From NCBI GenBank assembly GCA_963745295.1, contig CAVUWG010000003.1:259537-323536 (forward strand): a stretch of 64,000 nucleotides of DNA. The letters run 5' to 3'. The notes under the pieces are model-generated. The model was given only the letters and a program-made list of their open reading frames with translations, had not been told where the DNA came from and did not search any database. The position numbers and the translations under genes are program-made. Position 1 is the first letter of the stretch. Every line of letters starts with the position of its first letter. Positions 40,699 through 48,844 of this stretch are shown one piece after another. This DNA is from an uncultured Chloroflexia bacterium (GTDB lineage Bacteria > Chloroflexota > Limnocylindria > Limnocylindrales > CSP1-4).

Positions 40699-41723
40699 CA
40701 GTTGACGCCGCCCTCGAGCGCCTCCTCCATCTCATCGAGGTTGCCCGAGAACGTGCCGGCCGAGAGGTACTTCCAGCCGCCGTCGGGCAGGAGCGCGACG
40801 ATCGTGCCGTGCGACATCTCGCCGGCGACGCGCGCGGCCGCGACGAGGACCGCCCCGCACGACGGACCGGCGAAGATCCCCTCGCGGAAGACGAGGTCGC
40901 GCAACGCGGCGATCGCGTCGCGATTCGAGACGAGGTACTTCGCGTCGATGAGCGACGGGTCGAGGATCTCGGGGATGAACCCCTCATCGAGCGAGCGCAG
41001 GCCCTGGACCAGTTCACCGGGGAGGGGCTCGGCGGCCACGATCCGGACGCCCGGCTTGTGCTCGTGCAGGTACCTCGAGACGCCCATGAGCGTCCCCGAG
41101 GTGCCGAGGCCGGCGACGAAGACATCGATCTCGGGGCAGTCGGCGAGGATCTCGGGGCCGGTGGTCTCGTAATGGGCGAGTGGGTTGGCCGGGTTGCCGT
41201 ACTGGTACGGCATGACGAACCGCTCGTCCTTCGAGACCAGGTGCTTGGCCAACGCGATCGCCCCGTTCGAGCCCAGCGCCCCCGGGGAGTCGATGACCTC
41301 GGCCCCGAACAATGCGGCCATCTGGCGCCGCTCGTTGGTGACGTTGTCGGGCATCACGAGCGCGACGCGGTAGCCCTTCCGGCGGCCGATCATCGCCAGC
41401 GCGATCCCGGTGTTGCCCGAGGTCGGCTCGAGGATGATCGAGTCCTCGTGGAGGAGGCCGCGGCCCTCGAGGTCCTCGATCAGGTACTTCGCGACCCGGT
41501 CCTTCACCGACCCGGTCGGGTTCAGCATCTCGAGCTTGGCCAGGATGCGGACGTCCGGGTTCGGGCTCATCCGCGGGATCTCGACGAGCGGCGTGTGGCC
41601 GATGGCGTCGAGGATGTCCGCGTATCGCCCGCCATGCGGCGCGAGCGCGTCGTGCGCATGGGCGTGCGCGTGATCGTGTTCCGGGTCGGGCTCGGGCGCC
41701 CGGAGCGGCCAGGGCGCGGCCAT
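40692..41723 (-). CDS. cysM: PLP-dependent cysteine synthase, CysM type (thiocarboxylate-dependent context)
   Basis: ..LEMLNPTGSVKDR gives the PLP lysine. Also ..TSGNTGIALA.. and ..GTSGTLMG.. Has a His-rich N-terminal tail (PEHDHAHAHAHD). Flanked by cysO and mec. Confidence 0.9.
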   Translation of the reverse strand: MAAPWPLRAPEPDPEHDHAHAHAHDALAPHGGRYADILDAIGHTPLVEIPRMSPNPDVRILAKLEMLNPTGSVKDRVAKYLIEDLEGRGLLHEDSIILEPTSGNTGIALAMIGRRKGYRVALVMPDNVTNERRQMAALFGAEVIDSPGALGSNGAIALAKHLVSKDERFVMPYQYGNPANPLAHYETTGPEILADCPEIDVFVAGLGTSGTLMGVSRYLHEHKPGVRIVAAEPLPGELVQGLRSLDEGFIPEILDPSLIDAKYLVSNRDAIAALRDLVFREGIFAGPSCGAVLVAAARVAGEMSHGTIVALLPDGGWKYLSAGTFSGNLDEMEEALEGGVNWW

Positions 41724-41726
41724 CGG

Positions 41727-41999
41727 TCAGCCGCCGGCCATCGCGGGCAGGAGCCGGACCTCGTCGGCGGGCGCGACCGGCGTCTCGAGTCCGGCCAGGT
41801 AGCGCACGTCCTGGCCGTTGACGTAGACGTTCACGAACCGGTTGAGCTCGCCGCCGTCGGTCAGCAGTTGTGACCCGAGCGACGGGTGCCGCTCGACGAG
41901 CGCTTCCACCACGGCCCGGATCGAGTCACCCGGCAGGTCGAGGGACTTGGCGCCGCCCACGTTGGCGCGCAGGACCGACGGGATGAAGACCGTGCTCAT
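41727..41999 (-). CDS. cysO: MoaD/ThiS-family sulfur carrier protein (CysO-like)
   Basis: 90 aa, MSTVFIPSVLRANVGG...VYVNGQDVRYL...LLPAMAGG, ending in Gly-Gly. ATGA overlap with the upstream E1-like gene. Confidence 0.85.
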   Translation of the reverse strand: MSTVFIPSVLRANVGGAKSLDLPGDSIRAVVEALVERHPSLGSQLLTDGGELNRFVNVYVNGQDVRYLAGLETPVAPADEVRLLPAMAGG

Positions 42000-43222
42000 G
42001 CGCGCGCGTCGGGCGAGACGGTGCCGGCCAGACCGGTCGTGGTCATGAGGAACGGCACGTCGTTGCCGACGCTGTCCACGGTCAGCGGATGACCGGCCTC
42101 GCGCGCCGCGACGGCCTTGTCCGAGCACACGGGGCACTCGGGGTCGCGGCGAAGCTTCAGCTCGGTGAACTCGGTCTCGAGGGCATCGAACAGCAGCAGC
42201 CGTCCGGCCAGCGTGTTCCCGATCCCGAGGAGGACCTTGAGGGCCTCGTTGGCCTGGAGCAGGCCCAGGATGCCCGGCACGACGCCGAGCACGCCGGCGA
42301 CCGAGCAGCCGGGCGCGAGCTCGGGCGGGGGCGGTGTCGGATACAGGCAGCGATAGCACGGCCCCTCGTACGGGACGAACGTCGTCAGCTGGCCCTCGAA
42401 GCGGAAGACCGAGGCGTGGATGACCGGGATGCCGGCCGCCACCGCGGCGTCGTTGAGGAGGTAGCGCGTCTCGAACGTATCGGTGCCATCGAGGATGACG
42501 TCGTAGCCGGCGATGAGTCGCTCGACGTTCTCGGCCACGAGCATCTCCTCGTGGGCGACGACCTTGATCTCGGGGTTGAGGGCGTTGATCGAGCGCTTCG
42601 CCGATTCGACCTTGCGCTCCCCCACCCGGTCGGTCGTGTGGATGATCTGGCGCTGGAGATTGCTGACGTCGACCACGTCGAAGTCGACGATGCCGATGGT
42701 GCCGACACCCGCCGCCGCGAGGTAGAGCGCCGCGGGCGAGCCGAGACCGCCCGCCCCGATGAGCAGCGCCTTCGAACCGAGGAGTCGCGCCTGGCCGGCC
42801 GAGCCGACCTCGGGGATCAGCAGGTGCCGGCTGTAGCGGTCCTTCTGCTCGGCCGAGAGGACGACGGGCGTCTCGAACTCGAGGCCCGCGCCCTTCCACG
42901 CCTGGAACCCGCCCGACATCGAGGCCACGTCGGTGTAGCCCATGTCCGCCAACGTCTGGGCCGCGAACAGGGAGCGGACGCCACCGGCGCAGTACAGCAC
43001 GACCGGGGCGTCGCGATCGGGTGCGGCCGCCTCGATCTGCTGCTCGATGTAGCTCTTGGAGATATGCGTCGCGCCGGGCAGGTGGCCCTGATCCCACTCG
43101 GACGCCTCGCGGACGTCGATGACCCTGGCCGCGCCCGGGGCGAGGGCATCGACCTCTTGTGGGGTGACTTCCTTGATCTGCGCGCGCGCCTCGCGAAGGA
43201 GGTCGGCGTAGGACTTCGGCAT
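41996..43222 (-). CDS. moeZ: sulfur-carrier adenylyltransferase/sulfurtransferase (MoeZ/MoeB-like) with the rhodanese domain at the N-terminus
   Basis: The N-terminal ~110 aa form a rhodanese domain (..VIDVREASEWDQGHLPGATHI...VVLYCAGGVRS..). The ThiF/E1 domain follows (..LLIGAGGLGSPAALYLAAAGVG..DFDVVDVSNLQRQ..) with CYRC and CPVC zinc pairs. Start at ATG 43222 inside ORF 41996-43648. Confidence 0.85.
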   Translation of the reverse strand: MPKSYADLLREARAQIKEVTPQEVDALAPGAARVIDVREASEWDQGHLPGATHISKSYIEQQIEAAAPDRDAPVVLYCAGGVRSLFAAQTLADMGYTDVASMSGGFQAWKGAGLEFETPVVLSAEQKDRYSRHLLIPEVGSAGQARLLGSKALLIGAGGLGSPAALYLAAAGVGTIGIVDFDVVDVSNLQRQIIHTTDRVGERKVESAKRSINALNPEIKVVAHEEMLVAENVERLIAGYDVILDGTDTFETRYLLNDAAVAAGIPVIHASVFRFEGQLTTFVPYEGPCYRCLYPTPPPPELAPGCSVAGVLGVVPGILGLLQANEALKVLLGIGNTLAGRLLLFDALETEFTELKLRRDPECPVCSDKAVAAREAGHPLTVDSVGNDVPFLMTTTGLAGTVSPDARA

Positions 43223-43382
43223 TGCTTGATCGGACTCCGATGGTCGACAGGCTGGCGCCGTCGGCGCCAGGGCGGTGGGTGGTCGCGGTCGCCCTCGATG
43301 GTCCGAGGGCATTGGTGGACCGATGGTCGTCGGGCCGGCGCTCAGGCCGGCTGACGACACCTGCAGCGGCGCTCGATCCTGG

Positions 43383-43790
43383 TCATGCGCCGGCCTCTGC
43401 CGGTGCGCCGGCGGGCGCGGCCGCGCCGAGGTCCGTGAGGACGTGCTGGAGGCTCTCGTGGCTGAGCATCGCGCACTTGAGACGAGCCGGGCTGATCTCG
43501 ATGCCGAGCAGATCGAGCAGGTCGTCGGCCCCGAAGCCCGCGACGTCAGCGAGCGGCTTGCCCTTGATCTCGTCGGTGAGCAGCGAGGCGCTGGCCTGGC
43601 TGATCGCGCAGCCGCGTCCGGTGAAGCCCACCCGGTCCACGACGCCATCCTTGACGCCGAGCATCAGCGTGATGCGGTCGCCGCAGAGCGGGTTCGCGCC
43701 CTCGTAGGACGCGTCGGCGTCGTCGATGACCCCGAAGTTGTGGGGCCGCCGATAGTGCTCGAGGATGTAGTCGCGGTAGAGGTCGTCCAT
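43383..43790 (-). CDS. sufU: SUF-type Fe-S cluster scaffold/sulfur acceptor SufU (NifU N-terminal family)
   Basis: MDDLYRDYILEHYRRPHNFG...NPLCGDRITL...FTGRGCAISQASASLLT...KCAML has three conserved Cys. Start taken at the second ATG (43790). Confidence 0.85.
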   Translation of the reverse strand: MDDLYRDYILEHYRRPHNFGVIDDADASYEGANPLCGDRITLMLGVKDGVVDRVGFTGRGCAISQASASLLTDEIKGKPLADVAGFGADDLLDLLGIEISPARLKCAMLSHESLQHVLTDLGAAAPAGAPAEAGA

Positions 43791-43818
43791 TCGGCCTCGA
43801 AGTCTAGCGTGATTGTCC

Positions 43819-43843
43819 AATCCCGACCACCGGGGTCGGGATT
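43819..43843 (-). terminator. hairpin abutting the stop of the orphan lipoprotein gene
   Basis: AATCCCGACC-accgg-GGTCGGGATT is a perfect 10-bp stem whose last bases overlap the TAA stop (43842-43844). No clear U-tract on the minus strand, so terminator function is uncertain. Confidence 0.35.
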
Positions 43844-45776
43844 ACTGAGCCGTCTCCTCGCGGCGCAGGGTGACGGTTGCCTGGACCCCCGACTCGCGGA
43901 ATGTCGTGGTCTCGCCCACGCGGACCTCGACGTAGCCGGCGATGCCAAGGAATGGCAGCGTGAACGTCGAACTGGGGATCAGGGCCCTCGTGGTCACACC
44001 CTGGCAGGTGATCTCCTCCTCCTTGTCCATGTCCGGCGCCGCATCGAAGACGAACAGCCGGACCAGGTCCCGATCCGCCTCATCGACATCGGCGAGGACC
44101 CGAAGGGTGAGTTCGTCAGTCACGTCATGGGAACAGCCGAGGACATCGACCGTGCCCGTGATGTCGGCCGTCACGGTCTGCTCGAAGCCCCGGTCCGTCT
44201 TCTCGAGCTTCCACTCGCCGGTACTCAGGCTCAGGTGCGCGCCAGGCTCACTGAGTCGGCCGTCGATGGTGATGTTGAGGTCTTCCGGTTGGACCTCGAA
44301 CTCCAGCGCCTTGCGGGCGATGCCGCGGACCGATGTCTGCTCGAAGGTGAGGATCCCCTTGTCCCTGGGTTCCTGGCCCGCGGTGAAGGTCACCCGGGCC
44401 GGGATGTCGAACGATCCGTTATCCGGCTCGATGCGTTCCTTGCCGCTGAAGACGAGCCCGATCGGCTGCTTGACCTCGGAGCCGCCGAACTTCGGGGTGA
44501 CGGCGCTGACCTCGATGTCGACCTGTTCCCCGCGCTCCACCTTGCGCGACTCCTCGTTGGTCGTCACCTCGAAGCACTTACCCGATCGCCAGAACGTTTG
44601 CGCCTCCTTGCCGACCTGGCCCATGAAGAGCTGGGCCATCGACGACGACAGGAACATGGCGCCGCCGGCGCGTTCGCCACCCGTCCCGGTGACGGCCGCC
44701 GCGGCGCCGGATCCGGTCGTGACCCCGCTTCCCGCGGGCATGACCACCTGGAGGACCTGCGACGCGGCCCAATCGAACGCGCCGGACCCATCGGACCCGC
44801 CGGGACTCCGAGCATCGGCCTTGAGGTCGAGGGTGGCCTCGATCTGCTTCAGTTTGGCGTCCGGGCCGTCGACGAGCCTGAACGGTGCGTTGACCGACCG
44901 CCCACCGCCCGACCGGCTGGCGGACGTGGCGCTGACGTCGTTGAGCTCGTGCTTCGTCTCGAACGTGTAGGTCCCCTCGGCGATGCCCGCATCGTTCGGA
45001 CAGGCAGCGACATCGAAGTGCCCCGTCGACGTGCTCGTGTAGAGCGCGACGAACGACCCATCCGGGACCGTGAAGATGCGATCGGTGGCCGTGAGCGTCA
45101 GGTCCGCGGTCACCCGGCCGCCACCGGTGCGCATGCTCATCGTCGTCGTCAGGTCGATCTCCTGGCGCAGCCCGCCACCCTCCTGCCGATGCGGCTCAGA
45201 ACGGGAGACCGCGCCCTCGCTCGAGCCATCGGCGCGCTCGACGAGCCCGGTGAACAGGCTCATGAGCGCGGACGCGCTGAAGCCGGTCTCGGCGAACACG
45301 CTGACGTCGATGGCGCCGGGCGCGACACGCTGAGGGACCACGGGCCCACCGACTGAGGCGAGTCGGCCGGCGAGCGGGTCGGCGGCGGCGCCCGCAGGGA
45401 ACGCTCCCGTGTCGACCGCGGTGGCCGCATCACGGAGGACGCCCTGGGCGAACGTCTCCTCGACCGCATCGAGGGACGCGAAGATCACGGGGCCGTTGTC
45501 GCCGAGCAGGGTCACCATCCCGGCGTCGGCACGGATCTCCCGGACCAGGTCAAGTTCGCGGCGAGCGATCTCGGCGGGGTCGCCGGTCGCCGCGAACTCG
45601 ACGAGCGTGACCCCGTCCACGGCGGCGCCCGATGGCGTGGCACCGGTGGAGGCTGGTGCCGTGCCCGATGCGTCGCCGGAGGCCGGGGCGGTCGAACCAC
45701 CACACGCCGACGCGACGAGGACGACGGCCACGAGCGTGACCAGCCATCGATGTCCGAGAGCATGCCTCACGCGCAT
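43842..45776 (-). CDS. orphan lipoprotein, 644 aa, no recognisable domain
   Basis: MRVRHALGHRWLVTLVAVVLVASACGG has a signal peptide and lipobox. The long Thr/Glu/Lys/Val-rich body looks beta-rich. TAA stop. The frame is uninterrupted over 1.9 kb. Confidence 0.7.
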   Translation of the reverse strand: MRVRHALGHRWLVTLVAVVLVASACGGSTAPASGDASGTAPASTGATPSGAAVDGVTLVEFAATGDPAEIARRELDLVREIRADAGMVTLLGDNGPVIFASLDAVEETFAQGVLRDAATAVDTGAFPAGAAADPLAGRLASVGGPVVPQRVAPGAIDVSVFAETGFSASALMSLFTGLVERADGSSEGAVSRSEPHRQEGGGLRQEIDLTTTMSMRTGGGRVTADLTLTATDRIFTVPDGSFVALYTSTSTGHFDVAACPNDAGIAEGTYTFETKHELNDVSATSASRSGGGRSVNAPFRLVDGPDAKLKQIEATLDLKADARSPGGSDGSGAFDWAASQVLQVVMPAGSGVTTGSGAAAAVTGTGGERAGGAMFLSSSMAQLFMGQVGKEAQTFWRSGKCFEVTTNEESRKVERGEQVDIEVSAVTPKFGGSEVKQPIGLVFSGKERIEPDNGSFDIPARVTFTAGQEPRDKGILTFEQTSVRGIARKALEFEVQPEDLNITIDGRLSEPGAHLSLSTGEWKLEKTDRGFEQTVTADITGTVDVLGCSHDVTDELTLRVLADVDEADRDLVRLFVFDAAPDMDKEEEITCQGVTTRALIPSSTFTLPFLGIAGYVEVRVGETTTFRESGVQATVTLRREETAQ

Positions 45777-45857
45777 CGTCGCCCCCTCAACCCGGGATGG
45801 TTTCGCGAGGTATAGCGCGACCGCCGCGCCGGCGCAACCGGCAGGCCCGGCGCTAGG

Positions 45858-47123
45858 TCAGCCGTTGAAGACGCGCTGGACTTCCTTGAGACCGGCCGCG
45901 AGGGCGTCGACGTCCTCGGGGGTCGAGTAGACATTGAAGCTGGCGCGGGCCGTCGCCGCGAGATCGAGGCGCTCGTGGAGCGGCATCGTGCAGTGGTGGC
46001 CGGCCCGGACCGCGATCCCGAAGCGGTCCAGCACCTGGGCGACATCGTGCGGGTGGATGCCCGGCAGGTTGAACGGGATGACGCCGCCCCGGATCCCGGC
46101 ATCCATCGGGCCGTAGATGGCGATCTCCGGCACCTCGCGCTGGAGGGTCACGAGGGCGTAGGTCAGGAGCTGCTTCTCGTGCTCGCGGACCGCGTCCATG
46201 CCGATGGCCATCAGGTACTCGGCCGCGACCCCGAGCCCGATCGCGTCGCCGACGGCCGGCGTGCCCGCCTCGAACTTCCAGGGGATCTCGTTGAACTCGG
46301 AGCGACGGAGGTGGACCTCGCGGATCATCTCGCCGCCGGCGAGGAACGGCGGCATCGCCTCGAGCAGCTCGCGCCGGGCCCACAGCGCGCCCGAACCCAT
46401 CGGGGCGAGCATCTTGTGGCCGGAGAACGCGTAGAAGTCGACGCCGAGCGCCTGCACGTCGACCGGCACGTGCGGGACGGCCTGGGCGCCATCGACCAGG
46501 ACGAGCGCGCCGGCCGCGTGGGCCATGTCGACCATCTCGCGGACCGGGTTGATCGTGCCAAGCGTGTTGCTGACGTGGGTGAACGCCACGAGCTTCGGCT
46601 TCAGCCGGAGCAGCACCTCGAAGACGTCGAGGCGGAGGATGCCGTCGTCGGTGATCGGGATGAACTCGAGGTCGCCGTCCTGCTCCTGGACGAGGAGCTG
46701 CCACGGGACGAGGTTCGCGTGGTGCTCCATCTCGGTGAGGATGATCTGGTCGCCGCGACGGATGTTCTTGCGTCCCCACGAGTACGCGACGAGGTTGATC
46801 GCCTCGGTCGCGTTCCGCGTGAAGACGATCTCGTGGCTGTCGGGCGCGTTGATGAAGCGCGCGACCCGGGCCCGGGCCTTCTCGTATTCGGCCGTGGCCT
46901 TCTCGCCGATCGTGTAGATCCCGCGATGGACGTTGGCGTTGTACTCGCGGTAGTAGTCGGCGACCGCGTCGATGACGACGTTGGGCTTCTGGCTGCTCGA
47001 CGCGGAATCGAGATAGACCAGCCGGTGGCCGTTGATCTCCTGCTGCAGGATCGGGAAGTCGGCGCGCAGCGCGGCGGCGTCGAGCGGCGCGGAGGCGACC
47101 TTCGGATCGGTGGTCAGCGTCAC
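45858..47123 (-). CDS. sufS: SufS-type cysteine desulfurase
   Basis: ..LVYLDSASSSQKP.., ..FSGHKMLAPMGSG (PLP Lys) and ..RAGHHCTMPL (active-site Cys loop). 421 aa, intact. Confidence 0.92.
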   Translation of the reverse strand: MTLTTDPKVASAPLDAAALRADFPILQQEINGHRLVYLDSASSSQKPNVVIDAVADYYREYNANVHRGIYTIGEKATAEYEKARARVARFINAPDSHEIVFTRNATEAINLVAYSWGRKNIRRGDQIILTEMEHHANLVPWQLLVQEQDGDLEFIPITDDGILRLDVFEVLLRLKPKLVAFTHVSNTLGTINPVREMVDMAHAAGALVLVDGAQAVPHVPVDVQALGVDFYAFSGHKMLAPMGSGALWARRELLEAMPPFLAGGEMIREVHLRRSEFNEIPWKFEAGTPAVGDAIGLGVAAEYLMAIGMDAVREHEKQLLTYALVTLQREVPEIAIYGPMDAGIRGGVIPFNLPGIHPHDVAQVLDRFGIAVRAGHHCTMPLHERLDLAATARASFNVYSTPEDVDALAAGLKEVQRVFNG

Positions 47124-47138
47124 GGCAGTCCGGCCCGG

Positions 47139-48038
47139 CTAGCGGGCGGCCTCCACCGGCTCGAGGTCGAGGTCGGGGCCCTTGGGGACCAGCAGGGCCT
47201 CGTCGGGGAGGTCGGGCGAGAGGCCGGCCTCGCGCAGGATGGGTCCGTAGCCCTCGTCCTCGAGGCGCAGTGCCAGGTCCTTGCCGCCGGACTTCACGAT
47301 CCGGCCCTGGGCGAGGACGTGGACGACGTCAGGCGTGATGTAGTTGAGCAGCCGCTGGTAGTGGGTGATCAGCAGGACGCCGAGGTTCGGGTTGAGCATC
47401 GCGTTGACGCCCTCGGCGACGATCCGCAGCGCGTCGATGTCGAGGCCGGAGTCGGTCTCGTCGAGGATCGCCATCTCGGGCTCGAGGACCGCCATCTGGA
47501 GCATCTCGAGGCGCTTCTTCTCGCCGCCCGAGAACCCGTCGTTGACGTAGCGGCTGGCGAAGCCGTCGTCCATCCGCAGCATCGCCATCTTCTCGCGCAT
47601 CTTGTTGCGGAAGTCGCGCATCGAGACGCCGCCGCGCATCGGGTCCGTGGGGTCGACGTCGGGGTCCTTGTCGATGCCCTGGAGCTTCGCGTTGAGGGCG
47701 GATCGGATGAACGACGCGACGCTCAGGCCCGGGATCGCGGTCGGGTACTGGAAGGCCAGGAACAGGCCCAGCCTGGCGCGCTTGTCCGGCGACAGCTTCA
47801 GGATGTCGCGGCCCTTCCAGACGACCTCGCCGCCGGTGACCTTGTACGCGGGGTGGCCGAGGAGGGCGTAGGCGAGCGTGGTCTTGCCGGAGCCGTTGGG
47901 GCCCATGATCGCGTGGACCTCGCCCTTGCCGACGGTCAGGTCGATGCCCTGGAGGATCTCGTGCTCGGGGTCGGCCACCGGCGCGACGTGGAGGTCGCGG
48001 ATGACGAGGTGCTGGTCGGTGGCGGGCTGGTCGGTCAC
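47139..48038 (-). CDS. sufC: Fe-S cluster assembly ATPase SufC with a ~45-aa C-terminal extension
   Basis: ..IMGPNGSGKTTLAYALLGHPAYKVT...FLAFQYP...GFSGGEKKRLEMLQMAVLEPEMAILDETDSGLDIDAL...ITHYQRLL. GTG 48038 overlaps the Rrf2 stop (GTGA). Confidence 0.9.
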   Translation of the reverse strand: MTDQPATDQHLVIRDLHVAPVADPEHEILQGIDLTVGKGEVHAIMGPNGSGKTTLAYALLGHPAYKVTGGEVVWKGRDILKLSPDKRARLGLFLAFQYPTAIPGLSVASFIRSALNAKLQGIDKDPDVDPTDPMRGGVSMRDFRNKMREKMAMLRMDDGFASRYVNDGFSGGEKKRLEMLQMAVLEPEMAILDETDSGLDIDALRIVAEGVNAMLNPNLGVLLITHYQRLLNYITPDVVHVLAQGRIVKSGGKDLALRLEDEGYGPILREAGLSPDLPDEALLVPKGPDLDLEPVEAAR

Positions 48039-48631
48039 GGTTGGGTGGGTGCTCCCTGTCGGATGGCTTCGGGCTGGATGGGCGCGGGCGCGTCCGCGTG
48101 GACGATGGGTGGGACGAGGTCGGCGAGGGTCATCGACTCGAGGGCGCCCGTGATGGCGTCTCGGACGCGGACCCACAGGACGTTGACCGTGCAGCGGGCG
48201 CTGCGATCGCACAGGACCGCATGCTCCGGGTCGTCGGTCGCACAGAACATCGGGGCGATCGGCCCCTCCAGGGCTCGCAGGACCTCGCTCATGCGGATCG
48301 TCTCGGGCGGGCGGGACAGCTCATAGCCACCGTGCGCGCCACGGGTCGAGACGACCAGGCCGGCCTCGCGGAGGCTCACGACGAGCTGTTCGAGGTAGGC
48401 CCGCGGGAGGTCCTCCTCGGCGGCGACACCGGCCAGCGAGATGGGCCCGGTCCCGGCATGACGCGCGAGCTGCACCATCAGCCGGACGCCGTACTCGCCC
48501 TTGGTCGAGAAGGCGACGGCGCCGGAGCCGTGATAGGTGGGCCGCGTGGCCGTGGGAAGGGTCAGGTGCGTAGCCTCAGAGCGAGCTCGATATCCGAGTG
48601 ATTTCGTCGGGATTAGTCTAGCGCGGCCCAT
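48035..48631 (-). CDS. Rrf2 family transcriptional regulator (IscR/SufR-like role by position); start unresolved
   Basis: ..AFSTKGEYGVRLMVQLARHAG.GPISLAGVAAEEDLPRAYLEQLVVSLREAGLVVSTRGAHGGYEL, plus a Cys cluster (CATDD..CDRSARC). The conserved N-terminus begins about codon 40 of the ORF, with no ATG/GTG/TTG next to it. Confidence 0.8.
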   Translation of the reverse strand: MGRARLIPTKSLGYRARSEATHLTLPTATRPTYHGSGAVAFSTKGEYGVRLMVQLARHAGTGPISLAGVAAEEDLPRAYLEQLVVSLREAGLVVSTRGAHGGYELSRPPETIRMSEVLRALEGPIAPMFCATDDPEHAVLCDRSARCTVNVLWVRVRDAITGALESMTLADLVPPIVHADAPAPIQPEAIRQGAPTQP

Positions 48632-48844
48632 CTCCGAGCGTCAACGAGCCATCAAGGGACCCGTCGGGAGCACGTTTCGGCACACCCGGCTAGACTCCGC
48701 CAGCGAACCGCCCCCCTAGGTCAGATGGGACGACAACTCAAGAGCCCCGCACGCACGGCTTCCGAGTCGTCTCCGGCATCGACCACATCCCGGTGGGCCT
48801 AGCGCCCCGTCACACCGATCGGTCTTGTCCTGCTCCGTGCGCGC

